Positions 28,275 through 37,591 of a DNA stretch of 64,000 nt are shown here, piece by piece. Both the position numbers and the translations under genes were made by a program. The notes beneath the pieces are model-generated. The model was given only the letters and a program-made list of their open reading frames with translations. It did not search any database and was not told the origin of the DNA. The stretch lies in the NCBI GenBank assembly GCA_017511965.1, contig JAFWHT010000012.1:1596-65595 (forward strand), written 5' to 3'. Positions within the stretch are counted from its first letter, which is position 1. Every line of letters begins with the position of its first letter. The stretch is from Candidatus Saccharimonadota bacterium. Lineage in GTDB: Bacteria > Patescibacteriota > Saccharimonadia > Saccharimonadales > Saccharimonadaceae.

Positions 28275-28700
28275 ATGCAGGATATTATTAAAATTGGAAT
28301 TGGAGTGATGCTCCTTGATGATGACAAAATCTTATTGGGGCATCGAGCTACCAATAAAAAAGATACTGGTGGTATATATGAAACAGACTGTTGGACTCTT
28401 CCTGGAGGAAAACAAGAATATGATGAAACGTTTTTTGAGAGCGCGAAACGGGAAGTTAAGGAAGAAACTAATTTAGATATTGATAAACTAGAATTATTTG
28501 GTGCGGCAGATGATATCCAACCAGATAGGCATTATATTACTATGCACGTAATTGCTAGGGAGTTCAGTGGCAAGCTTAAGGTTATGGAACCGGAGAGCGA
28601 AGATGAATGGCGATGGTTTTCACTGGATAAACTACCAGATAATCTTTATTCCCCGTCTGAGAAATTTATAAAAGCATACCTAGAATCCAAGAAAGCGTAA
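28275..28700 (+). CDS. NUDIX hydrolase
   Basis: 141 aa with Nudix box GGKQEYDETFFESAKREVKEETNL. AGGAGG-like SD (GCGGAGG) upstream. AT-rich, with AGA/AGG/GGA-type codons that look atypical for the window. Confidence 0.8.
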   Translation: MQDIIKIGIGVMLLDDDKILLGHRATNKKDTGGIYETDCWTLPGGKQEYDETFFESAKREVKEETNLDIDKLELFGAADDIQPDRHYITMHVIAREFSGKLKVMEPESEDEWRWFSLDKLPDNLYSPSEKFIKAYLESKKA

Positions 28701-28839
28701 CTTGTACTGAATAATTATTTAGGGTATTAACAGACGATTTTATAGGAGTAAAAATGCACCTTTTGCCCCATTTTTCATGCAGAATCGGCGCAAGATAGCA
28801 CCCTAGAATCCAGAGGGTACTTAACAGAAATTTACTACT

Positions 28840-28863
28840 AAAAAATCGGCCAAAATGCCGATT
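28840..28863 (-). terminator. Terminator downstream of tRNA-Val
   Basis: Minus strand: atcggc-attttg-gccgat followed by TTTTTT. Confidence 0.5.
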
Positions 28864-28874
28864 TAGATACGTTG

Positions 28875-28951
28875 TGGTGGGGTTTACAGGGCTTGAACCT
28901 GTGACCTCACGAATGTGAATCGTGCGCTCTAGCCAACTGAGCTAAAACCCC
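28875..28951 (-). tRNA. tRNA-Val (anticodon CAC), 3'-CCA encoded
   Basis: Hand fold: ggggttt acceptor, D arm gctc-agttggcta-gagc, anticodon arm cacga-ttCACat-tcgtg, T arm acagg-ttcaagc-cctgt. Confidence 0.9.
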
Positions 28952-28957
28952 ATCATA

Positions 28958-28966
28958 TGGTATAAT
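28958..28966 (+). promoter_or_regulatory. Extended -10 (TGgTATAAT) 8 nt upstream of prfA ATG
   Basis: ataTGgTATAATtataccatATG with no SD. It overlaps the 5' flank of the opposite-strand tRNA-Val. Confidence 0.45.
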
Positions 28967-28974
28967 TATACCAT

Positions 28975-30009
28975 ATGGAAAAGATAAATTTCGAAAATGA
29001 ATTAAAAGAGCTCGAGGCTTTTTTAGCAAAACCCGACGCTTACTCCGATCCTGAATTTGGCGCGAAAAGTAAGCGCGCTGGGCTTGTTCGCGAAATTATT
29101 GAACTCATAACAAATCTCGAAACCGACGAAAAAAATCTTGCCGAAGCAAAAGAACTACTAAACGATCCTGAGCTTGGCGAAATTGCCAAAGCCGATGTCG
29201 AAGCCTTAACCGAAAAAATCGCATCCAACCAAAAAACTCTCGACGAACTTCTTATTCCACGCGACCCCGAAGACGACAAGCCGGCCATTATCGAAATCCG
29301 CGCTGGCGCCGGCGGCGACGAGGCCAGCCTTTTTGCCGGCGAACTTTACCGATTATATATGAAATACGCCGAAAAGCACGGCTTAAAATTTGAGCCGATT
29401 TCCGAAAACCTAAACGAAGCTGGCGGCACTAAAGAAGTTATCTTCAAGATTTCCGGCGACAACGCCTATGGGCAATTAAAATTCGAAGGCGGTGTCCACC
29501 GCGTCCAACGTGTTCCGGTGACCGAATCTCAGGGCCGTATCCATACCAGCACTGTTACTGTCGCCGTTCTCCCCGAAGCTTCCGAAGAAGACCTTGAGAT
29601 TAAACAAGAGGATCTTCGTATTGACATCTATCGCTCTGGTGGGCATGGTGGTCAAGGCGTCAATACTACCGACTCTGCCGTTCGCATTACCCACCTCCCA
29701 ACCGGCATTGTCGTCGCGATGCAAGACGAGCGCTCTCAGCAACAAAACCGTATTAAGGCTATGAACGTTCTTCGTTCTCGTCTTCTCGAGAAAAAGAAAG
29801 AGGAAGAACAAAAATCCGCTTCCGAGGCACGAAAATCCCTCATCGGCACCGGCGATCGTTCCGAAAAAATCCGCACTTATAATTTCCCCCAAGACCGCAT
29901 CACCGACCACCGCATCCACTACTCCCGCTCTAACATCCCCGCCGCGATGGACGGTGATATTGACGACATCATTGATGAACTAGTAAAACATGAACGAGAG
30001 CTTAATTAA
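28975..30009 (+). CDS. prfA: Peptide chain release factor 1
   Basis: 344 aa. GGQ motif ([24 protein letters not shown]) and a PVT tripeptide in [17 protein letters not shown], which is RF1-type. Confidence 0.95.
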   Translation: MEKINFENELKELEAFLAKPDAYSDPEFGAKSKRAGLVREIIELITNLETDEKNLAEAKELLNDPELGEIAKADVEALTEKIASNQKTLDELLIPRDPEDDKPAIIEIRAGAGGDEASLFAGELYRLYMKYAEKHGLKFEPISENLNEAGGTKEVIFKISGDNAYGQLKFEGGVHRVQRVPVTESQGRIHTSTVTVAVLPEASEEDLEIKQEDLRIDIYRSGGHGGQGVNTTDSAVRITHLPTGIVVAMQDERSQQQNRIKAMNVLRSRLLEKKKEEEQKSASEARKSLIGTGDRSEKIRTYNFPQDRITDHRIHYSRSNIPAAMDGDIDDIIDELVKHERELN

Positions 30010-30655
30010 TTTCTACGGGCGCGATTTTTTTGTTAATCAGCACGTCCTCACTCCTCGCCCCGAAACCGAACAACTGATTGACGAAGTTTTAAATCTCGCC
30101 GGCAAACCCTATCTCCCAGGCATCAAATCAGCGCCTAGGGTTTTGCCGAAAAACCCCTATATTCTCGACGTCGGCACCGGCTCTGGCTGTATCGCGATTA
30201 CCTTGAGGCTTATGCTAAAAAACGCTAGAATTCAGGCTACTGACATCTCGAAAGATGCTTTAGAAATCGCACAAAAAAACGCCAAGAAATTTGGCGTTGA
30301 CGACCCCCATCTTTTTATTATATCAAATTTACTCGAAAATGTCAAATTTACCCCTGAAAACACGCCTGATTTAATTGTTGCAAACCTACCTTATGTCGAT
30401 AAAAACTGGGATTGGGTTAAGCCAGAAACTCTAAAATCCGACCCCGACCTAGCTCTCTATGCCGAGGACGGCGGCCTCGAGCTAATTAAGAAACTCATCG
30501 ATGAGGCCGAAAAATACCAAATCAAATACCTCATCCTCGAAGCCGATCCCTGCCAGCATCAAGCCTTAGAAACCTACGCCGAATCTAAAAACTATCACCT
30601 AAAAACCACCAACGGCTTTATCTTGACTTTTTATAGAAAGTATGATACAATATAA
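29990..30655 (+). CDS. prmC: Release-factor glutamine N5-methyltransferase PrmC/HemK (short form)
   Basis: 221 aa. SAM motif [12 protein letters not shown] and an NPPY-like VANLPYV. It overlaps the prfA end. Confidence 0.8.
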   Translation: MNESLINFYGRDFFVNQHVLTPRPETEQLIDEVLNLAGKPYLPGIKSAPRVLPKNPYILDVGTGSGCIAITLRLMLKNARIQATDISKDALEIAQKNAKKFGVDDPHLFIISNLLENVKFTPENTPDLIVANLPYVDKNWDWVKPETLKSDPDLALYAEDGGLELIKKLIDEAEKYQIKYLILEADPCQHQALETYAESKNYHLKTTNGFILTFYRKYDTI

Positions 30656-30733
30656 AAATATAATCTCTAAAGTGGGAGCAACTTAAAAACCAGTCTACTC
30701 TAAATACACAGCGTTTTTTAAAGGAGGGCAAAG

Positions 30734-31294
30734 ATGAAAAAACGTGCGTTAATACTGTTGTTAGCTTGTGTCTTATCTACTTGCGGGCAAAAACCTGCAT
30801 CAAGTAAAGCCACAACCCAAGTCACGATAATAGACCGGCAAGAGACCAAGACGGAAACAGAGGTCGAACCGCCCAAGGCGTCAGAGCCTCCCAATGAATC
30901 TTCGCACGACATGCGCGAGGATAACCTCGCTGAGGATTGGCCCGACTGGTTCGTGGCACCTACCGGCGTCCCGGAAGACGAAGAGGTAAAGCAAGCTATC
31001 CAAGGCGCAGAATTCGACGCTTTGCCAAAATGGATGCAAGTGGTCGCCGTCCGACCACGCTCTGTAGTGGCTTGGCTGGAGATGACCAGACTAGTCACTC
31101 CACCGATTAACCCAGAGCTGTTTACGGGCTTTCTCAAAGAAAATCCTGAGTATATCATGCCAATCATGAGCCGGTTAAAAATCATATTCGAGAAAGCTGA
31201 AGCCGGCGAACAAAGCAATAACGTTGGCAGTCTTCCGCAAGAATTCATCGAAATACAGGATATCGTAAACGAAATTGCGCGTCAACTAGAGTAG
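30734..31294 (+). CDS. Acidic putative lipoprotein (186 aa) in a GC-rich patch
   Basis: AGGAGG lies 6 nt upstream. Signal peptide MKKRALILLLACVLSTC has a lipobox-like LSTC. Sampled 60-nt blocks are 57-62% GC, well above most of the window. Confidence 0.6.
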   Translation: MKKRALILLLACVLSTCGQKPASSKATTQVTIIDRQETKTETEVEPPKASEPPNESSHDMREDNLAEDWPDWFVAPTGVPEDEEVKQAIQGAEFDALPKWMQVVAVRPRSVVAWLEMTRLVTPPINPELFTGFLKENPEYIMPIMSRLKIIFEKAEAGEQSNNVGSLPQEFIEIQDIVNEIARQLE

Positions 31295-31297
31295 ACC

Positions 31298-31328
31298 AAA
31301 AACCCTAGGGTAAAACCTAGGGTTTTTT
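31298..31328. terminator. Bidirectional rho-independent terminator
   Basis: aaaaaccctagg-gtaaaa-cctagggtttttt, an A-run, stem and T-run between convergent genes. Confidence 0.75.
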
Positions 31329-31338
31329 AATGGTAAAA

Positions 31339-33864
31339 TTAAGCACTAAACGTTACTGAATTTCTTAAATCCCGATACAGACTTCGCCGAGTTAACAGCG
31401 CTAACATATCATAAAAATCTTTATCTTCTGTCAAAATATCGATTCTAAACTCTACCGGCTCTACTTTTACAAAAGCATACCGTTCCTCCGGGTTATATCT
31501 TGCCAAATAATCCATATAGTCCATATATCCAAGCGCTATTTCCGCGTCTTCTCGACTCATCCCACTCCGGCGTGCCAGAATTGCTTCTCGCGAATTATCC
31601 TGTGGGTATTTGGCCTCATACTCCTCTTTCCAGATTGCCGTGTCGCTCTTTTTTTCATCTAAAAGCGCCGAAACTGTATCTAGCAAAGTATAAGCAGAAA
31701 AAACTTCTATAGCTTCTTTGAATTGGTTAGAACTACTTATGGTGTATTTCGAACCAATCGCTACTTCTGGTGGCGGAGTAAGTAAACCACCAAGTATCGG
31801 TATATCAATCGGTGATTCGCAGGCATTATCCAAGGCAAGAAGATTACTTAGCAAAGCAGAAATTTTTCCCAAAGGTCCACCATATTTTTCTTTCCATTTC
31901 TCGCAAATCACCGCATCTTGAATCCCAACCGTAGTTTGCCGCCCCATAGCTAAATCACGCAGTTCGTCCATAGATACTTTTAGTCCCGCCAGCATTGATC
32001 CGAGCGCTTCTTTAGTTTGCCCCATTCTAGAAGTATCAATTGTATTGTGTGTCGTACAATACATATCTCCAACCACCCCAGCCGCCGTCACTGCCGTTGG
32101 GCAATTTCCGTTAGTTGTCAAATAAGATTCCTCTGCCTCCGCCAAAACTGTGTTAGAAGTTAAATCTTGCACCGATTCTTTAAACAAATCCGCTACCGAA
32201 TTGAATAACCCAGTCCCTGCCGAACTCCCACTTCTGGCGAAATTTTGTACTGCAATTACCCCAAATTTATGCGCTAAACTCCCCAAAAATGTATGCTTCG
32301 AGCTAATGTCAAACGGGCTTAGTGTTGCTCGGTCGGCTGCCGCTCGTCGGGCAAAGACTTCATCAACTACTTCTTTATAGCCCAAGACTGCTTCTGCGTC
32401 TGACGGCGCCGCAGCAAGCACCCGCGAATTGATATTGTTCGACAAAAACGACCCACCCATCGGCGTCCGTTCTCCACCAATCGTTGACTTAGTTAGCTCA
32501 TAAGTATCATCATAAAATGTCGTCGCAAGACTATTTGACGCTCTTAAAACTCGCTCGTCTGTATTTCCCTTCTCTTTCATCCTGATCAAAACATTAAATC
32601 GCTTATTTGCATTTGTCGCCATAGTGGTTCGATTAATTATGTCAGTCGCCGCCCCACCCGACATCTCAAGGATTCGGTCCCTCGAATAATCTGCCGCTTC
32701 GGATACTGAATACGAACGATTCAGTACCGTCGCCAAGAAATTCGGCGTCCTTATCAGCGAGTTCGTCGTGGTTTTGTTTGCGCCGGTTTTTACATCCGTT
32801 ACTGTTACCGTATTGACTTGGGTAAAAGTATTTAGCAACGGATCGACTAAATCCGAATGCTCGCTGTCGATTCGCGCCACATTCAACCCCTCTTCTAACG
32901 TCGAAAATGTTGCCGCTGCGATGTATGGTTCATTCGCCGAAACCGCCGTATTAAGTAGCGATACGGCCTTTTCCGTTGCTCTCTCTCCTTGAACATTCCC
33001 CCCAATCATTGTTGCAAGCGCTGCGCCACTATTTGCATCTGTTCTTTCCTCTGTCGTAAAAGAGCGAGTCTTGCATGGGCAATCTTCAATGGTCGCATCT
33101 TTGCCAGTTTGTTGTTTAAATGCCGCCGCACATTCCTCGTCTATTTTTTCGCCATCATATTTACAATCCTCATCGCACCCATTCAGCCCCACGCTCGACA
33201 CTTTTCTGATAATCCGATCAAAAATTTTTTCAAACTGCTCTTGGTCTCCCTCTATACTCCCCGTTGTCTTCCAGCTTGCAAAATTATTACGGCTCAGTCC
33301 AAACTCTTTATAAACTTTATTTACGTCATCACTATAATAAAATCTCGATGTCATATCTGTCGCTAACGCAAACGCCGCATAAAGTCGCGGGTTTGACTCA
33401 ACTTTTGCCACAAAGTCATCTGCTACAATAATTTCGCCTTCAAACCGCATTGCTAGTTCACCAGTACTATGATCATAAAATACCCCATCGCTCGCTACTT
33501 CCGTCTCTAATTCAGCCGAATAATTATTTGTTCGTACGAATTCGCCTACTAAAGTTGTCTGTCCAACCTCAACTCCATGCTTTTCAAAATCTGCCGCTAG
33601 AGTTTCATTAAAATATCCTCGTTTTAATTGACTCGCGACTACATATTCGGCCTGCTTTTCGATAACCGCCGAAGTCTCATCAAATCCTAACGCCCTCTGC
33701 AAACCGTAATCAATCGTTGCCATTACTGCTATCGGAATTGCAAACAACAAAGCCGCCGCCGCTACTGCTATAATTATTACAATCATAACAGTAGCCCCTA
33801 CAGCCATTGCGACTTTTTTGTTTTTGTTCTTACCAGTTATATTTTCTTGTTCATCGTTTTCCAT
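31339..33864 (-). CDS. Large bitopic protein (841 aa), N-terminal TM anchor, family unknown
   Basis: N-terminal KNKNKK plus a long hydrophobic helix, then about 780 aa of hydrophilic sequence with a Cys cluster (NGCDEDCKYDGEKIDEECAAAF...DCPCK). No Walker motif or hydrolase motif seen. Last gene of the operon. Confidence 0.6.
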   Translation of the reverse strand: MENDEQENITGKNKNKKVAMAVGATVMIVIIIAVAAAALLFAIPIAVMATIDYGLQRALGFDETSAVIEKQAEYVVASQLKRGYFNETLAADFEKHGVEVGQTTLVGEFVRTNNYSAELETEVASDGVFYDHSTGELAMRFEGEIIVADDFVAKVESNPRLYAAFALATDMTSRFYYSDDVNKVYKEFGLSRNNFASWKTTGSIEGDQEQFEKIFDRIIRKVSSVGLNGCDEDCKYDGEKIDEECAAAFKQQTGKDATIEDCPCKTRSFTTEERTDANSGAALATMIGGNVQGERATEKAVSLLNTAVSANEPYIAAATFSTLEEGLNVARIDSEHSDLVDPLLNTFTQVNTVTVTDVKTGANKTTTNSLIRTPNFLATVLNRSYSVSEAADYSRDRILEMSGGAATDIINRTTMATNANKRFNVLIRMKEKGNTDERVLRASNSLATTFYDDTYELTKSTIGGERTPMGGSFLSNNINSRVLAAAPSDAEAVLGYKEVVDEVFARRAAADRATLSPFDISSKHTFLGSLAHKFGVIAVQNFARSGSSAGTGLFNSVADLFKESVQDLTSNTVLAEAEESYLTTNGNCPTAVTAAGVVGDMYCTTHNTIDTSRMGQTKEALGSMLAGLKVSMDELRDLAMGRQTTVGIQDAVICEKWKEKYGGPLGKISALLSNLLALDNACESPIDIPILGGLLTPPPEVAIGSKYTISSSNQFKEAIEVFSAYTLLDTVSALLDEKKSDTAIWKEEYEAKYPQDNSREAILARRSGMSREDAEIALGYMDYMDYLARYNPEERYAFVKVEPVEFRIDILTEDKDFYDMLALLTRRSLYRDLRNSVTFSA

Positions 33865-33867
33865 AAA

Positions 33868-35802
33868 TTACATGATCCCGCCCGTCCAAGGATTACGTTT
33901 TGCTCCGCCATTGTTTTGATTTGTGGAGCCATTAGAGCTATTGGATCCACTAGGACCATTGCCACTCGAGCCACTCGAGCTAGTAGAGCCTCCCCCAGCT
34001 CCCGTAGAACCACCCGTAGTTCCTTGTGGCGGCAGATTTCTTCCTTGATATTCCTCCCGCACCGCTAGCTGTGATCCCTCTGCGATATCACCCAGATTAT
34101 ACGCACTAGCATTATTGTGCAATCCGCTGAGTCGCGCATCGCTCACGTGCTTGACCAATTCCTTTACCTCGCTTGTAGATTGCGTCATAAAGTCCTTATC
34201 TTTATCAAGCACCTTACGCGCGATATTTTGGACGACAGTTGTGCCATCAACTTGTCTTCCAGCAGTTTGTTCGCTCTGCATCCAGTTAGCCTGATCTTGT
34301 CTCATTTCTGCATGATTAGCAAACGTAGCTTTTCGCCCAGCCGCCGCTTCTTCGCGCCGATGGGTCAAATAATCATTATTCATAGCATCATATTGCTCTT
34401 GCGTCGTATCGGCAGAAATCGCACCCGAAGCAATATCAGAAAGCCTCGAAGAAGTTCGGCGACTCTTACTATCCATCGCATTCTTTACTGCATTATTCTT
34501 CGCCATCGCTTCACCCATTAACTCTGCCGATGTGCCAGTTCTTCCTTCGCTCGCCTTAGCGATTTGCTTTGCGCCCCCCATCATACCAGATAATTGCGAA
34601 GTTAGAGCGTCGATCTTCCTTAGCTCGCCAGCATTTAATGTCTCTCCTTGATCTACTCTATTTAGAAGACCACTCAACTGATTCCCCATAATATCAACGT
34701 TGTAATTTCCGGTCTCTTCACGCATCGCCATTTTGGTTGCTTCGATATCCTCAGCTGCACCTCGTTCAGCTAACGATTGATTTCTCGCAAAGCCTCTTTC
34801 TCCTCCCGAAATCCAAGCGCGGAATCGCTGTCTTCCACTCGCAGTGCCAGCCCGTACTGCCTTATAGGCATCGGCATTTCTTTTTGCTCGGCCAAGCATA
34901 GCTGTTCTCTCTGCATCTTTATAAATTGCCGAATTCTGTACGACTCCCTCTGCTTGCCTTAAACCACTCTTGACATTAGCGCCAATTCTCTGTAGATAAC
35001 CACCCATCTCGCCAAATACCGCCAACGCTTTTTCAAGAATCTTCGGCGCTGCCGCTAGTGGCAAGAATATCATTACTATTGCCACTATTGCTAGTCCCGG
35101 ATTATCACCATTAGCACTCGATATCGCAAGTAGTCGCATTATCCTTGAAGCTGCCAAAATCGCCGCACAAACCGGATAAACCATCAAAATAATTTTAAAA
35201 GCATCAAACCATTTTTTATAAATTTGTTGAGTATTCGGCAAAATATAGCAAAGCATTGCTAGTGGTGCTACTGCTACCAAAAGCGCCGCAAGTAGTTGTC
35301 GAAGCCCTACCATCAAGAAGAATATAATCACCGAAACCAACGCATAAAGAGCCAAGAAAATTATCGGAATCAACCAAAACATCCCGCCAACCGTAAGTGC
35401 TGCAGCTATTGATCCAGCTACTGCTCCCCCTGCCGAAGCAACTCCAAAAAGTGAAGCAAATATCGCTCCAAAAGTTAGCGCAGAGCCATCGACTCCAGTT
35501 TGACTTTGTACACTATAATAAGCATCACGTGCAGCAGCTATAATTCCTTTTCCGATAATGTTTGACAAATCTACTGCTACCTGGCAAATTAAATAAGACA
35601 GATTAATCAAAATTGCCACAATAATCAACTTCGGCAACATTTTCTTGATACCATAGTTATCAATTCCAAACCCAGTTAATTGTGAGAAAATAATTGCCAG
35701 TAGAATAACAATCATCCCAGCATTGGCGAAAGTCATTAGATTTTGCCAAATCAAAAATGTGGCACTGCCGTCTCCAAAAAGGTTAGCTTCTAACTGAAAC
35801 AT
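33868..35802 (-). CDS. Polytopic membrane protein, VirB6/TrbL-like (tentative), with long hydrophilic C-terminal domain and G/S/N-rich tail
   Basis: 644 aa. Residues 1-260 carry about 6 TM helices (LPKLIIVAILINLSYLICQVAVDLSNIIG...), followed by about 380 aa of soluble sequence ending GTTGGSTGAGGGSTSSSGSSGNGPSGSNSSNGSTNQNN. Assignment rests on architecture and recollection, not on a search. Confidence 0.45.
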   Translation of the reverse strand: MFQLEANLFGDGSATFLIWQNLMTFANAGMIVILLAIIFSQLTGFGIDNYGIKKMLPKLIIVAILINLSYLICQVAVDLSNIIGKGIIAAARDAYYSVQSQTGVDGSALTFGAIFASLFGVASAGGAVAGSIAAALTVGGMFWLIPIIFLALYALVSVIIFFLMVGLRQLLAALLVAVAPLAMLCYILPNTQQIYKKWFDAFKIILMVYPVCAAILAASRIMRLLAISSANGDNPGLAIVAIVMIFLPLAAAPKILEKALAVFGEMGGYLQRIGANVKSGLRQAEGVVQNSAIYKDAERTAMLGRAKRNADAYKAVRAGTASGRQRFRAWISGGERGFARNQSLAERGAAEDIEATKMAMREETGNYNVDIMGNQLSGLLNRVDQGETLNAGELRKIDALTSQLSGMMGGAKQIAKASEGRTGTSAELMGEAMAKNNAVKNAMDSKSRRTSSRLSDIASGAISADTTQEQYDAMNNDYLTHRREEAAAGRKATFANHAEMRQDQANWMQSEQTAGRQVDGTTVVQNIARKVLDKDKDFMTQSTSEVKELVKHVSDARLSGLHNNASAYNLGDIAEGSQLAVREEYQGRNLPPQGTTGGSTGAGGGSTSSSGSSGNGPSGSNSSNGSTNQNNGGAKRNPWTGGIM

Positions 35803-36077
35803 TATTCAAAAAACTCCTCTATTTTAGTACTTAATGCATCCACCGCCCCCGCGAGCGTTCGGATTACCGGGCAAACCACCCAGCCCAAACTTACAGATTT
35901 TTTACATTCCTCAATAAATTCCTCTTTATCTAGTACATAAGAATCGCTTGCAAAAGAACCACTCCTCCCACCGTGCTGTCTGCTGTCGTCTTCTGCATTT
36001 GCAATCTGTCCTACCAAAAACAGCGAACTAATCATTATAACTGCTACTATTATTAATTTTAGCTTTTTTCTTCTCAT
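35802..36077 (-). CDS. Small secreted protein (91 aa) carrying the shared WVVCP...LAGAVD...FFE C-terminal module
   Basis: Signal peptide MRRKKLKLIIVAVIMISSLFLVGQIANA. ATGA overlap with the upstream gene and TAATG overlap with the downstream gene. Confidence 0.65.
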   Translation of the reverse strand: MRRKKLKLIIVAVIMISSLFLVGQIANAEDDSRQHGGRSGSFASDSYVLDKEEFIEECKKSVSLGWVVCPVIRTLAGAVDALSTKIEEFFE

Positions 36078-37591
36078 TCAAAAAACCCTTCTATTCCATT
36101 AGCTAACATATCTACCGCGCCCGCTAGCGCGTCAATCATTGGACAAACCACCCAAGGTAATAAAATCTCTTCGCTCTGCAAGCACGCATCGTAAAAATTC
36201 TCTGCCTGAAAATCTCCTAAAAGCTCATCTTCCGAATGTATTGTGATATTAAATCCTGCCAATGTATCTCTACAGGTCCAAATAAAATCAGTTGGCACTT
36301 CTCCACCCGTGAATTGAATTAATTCCTCGCCACCACTAGCGTCTCTTTTTGCTACATGTTCTCCCGTACGTTGAACTCTTTCGTATTCATTTAGTACCTC
36401 TCTCGCCGCTGCTTTTTCTTCTTCGTTTCTTTCAGGATCATTTAATACTTTTTCTTCGATTTCGCTTTTCTTTTTCGCAATCTCTTTATTAATCTCTTGG
36501 CGACAGTAATTCAAAATCTTCTCATTTACAAATTTTACATACTCGCCTATCGTATCGTTCATTTTGCGAATTAACGCTCGACAAGTTTTAGTATCACTGC
36601 CAGAGCTCATCGCAAAACTCCCCTTTGCAGTATCTTTAGACGAATCATTGATGTAGTAAGAACCAGATTTTACATTACCGCTAGAATCCACTTTAAATCC
36701 GACTTCTCCATCTGTTGCGCCTTCTACGAAAGTCGCCGAAATACTACTGCACTGTTTTTCGAAATCTAAACTATATAGATAAAAACCATCAACCTTGTCA
36801 TAATTATGCAAATCATCAAAAGAAATTCGCTGGATATATTCGTTACCAGATTTTGCCTGAAAATCTTGATAAAGTTGTTTTAGGAAAGCGTCTCTTTGCC
36901 CTGCATCTTCGTTAAATTTAAACACTTCGGCGTCTGTGCAAGAAATACTCGAGTCGGCCTCGACTTTTTGCGTGACAAGATCAAACGCCGTTGTCCCGTC
37001 GTTACCGAGATTTATCGCATCGCCATACTTTGCGGGTTTAAAAATACCCGTACCTGCATCATTGCAGGCTACTTTCAAGATATCTTCTTTACTCACCGAA
37101 ACCGAACCAGACAATGCAAAATCAGAGTTATAGTTTTTATATACGTAGGCCGCCATACTCATCAGACTTCCTCCGCTTTTTAATTGGTCGGTACATTTAA
37201 TGTTGCCGTCATTTTTGCCGTCCCCGTCAGTAAAATGCCCCTCAAACCACACGCCAGTCCCGATATTCGTCGGTCTCGAATAAACGTTGCCACTTGCTAC
37301 ATCTTTAGCCGAAAAACCTTGCGTTGTTGTGCTACCGGTAGTAGCTCTAGTTACGCTATCCATGCATCGTCCAAATTTCTGGAAGACCAAATGCGCCTGT
37401 GCCGCATTTTTAATTTTCGACCATTGGTCATACAAATCAACATTCGTTGCACTAAGGCCTAATTTTTGATACGTTACTTCGAGATCTGCATAAGCTTTAA
37501 GTGGTACAAGGAAAAACTGCACTGCTAACACCACCACAACAAATATACTCATCCATCTTTTACTCTTCGCTATATTCATCGTATCCTCCAA
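36074..37591 (-). CDS. Secreted protein (505 aa) with coiled-coil segment and the same C-terminal module
   Basis: Signal peptide ...KSKRWMSIFVVVVLAVQFFLVPLKAYA. It has a charged helical stretch (EINKEIAKKKSEIEEKVLNDPERNEEEKAAAREVLNEYERV) and ends LPWVVCPMIDALAGAVDMLANGIEGFFE. Confidence 0.65.
   Translation of the reverse strand: MEDTMNIAKSKRWMSIFVVVVLAVQFFLVPLKAYADLEVTYQKLGLSATNVDLYDQWSKIKNAAQAHLVFQKFGRCMDSVTRATTGSTTTQGFSAKDVASGNVYSRPTNIGTGVWFEGHFTDGDGKNDGNIKCTDQLKSGGSLMSMAAYVYKNYNSDFALSGSVSVSKEDILKVACNDAGTGIFKPAKYGDAINLGNDGTTAFDLVTQKVEADSSISCTDAEVFKFNEDAGQRDAFLKQLYQDFQAKSGNEYIQRISFDDLHNYDKVDGFYLYSLDFEKQCSSISATFVEGATDGEVGFKVDSSGNVKSGSYYINDSSKDTAKGSFAMSSGSDTKTCRALIRKMNDTIGEYVKFVNEKILNYCRQEINKEIAKKKSEIEEKVLNDPERNEEEKAAAREVLNEYERVQRTGEHVAKRDASGGEELIQFTGGEVPTDFIWTCRDTLAGFNITIHSEDELLGDFQAENFYDACLQSEEILLPWVVCPMIDALAGAVDMLANGIEGFFE

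Noticed and set aside
28754-28798. A 14-codon ORF (MHLLPHFSCRIGAR) with AGGAG 5 nt upstream, in the NUDIX/tRNA-Val spacer.
   Set aside because: It is very short, has no notable composition and no coupling to a downstream gene, and lies in a probable remnant region. It is indistinguishable from chance.
31339-33864. The 841-aa protein as the cell-wall hydrolase (PrgK/TcpG-like) or VirB4-like ATPase of a Gram-positive T4SS.
   Set aside because: I could find no Walker A/B motif and no SLT, CHAP, NlpC/P60 or LytM catalytic signatures by eye. The idea is left as unknown pending profile searches.
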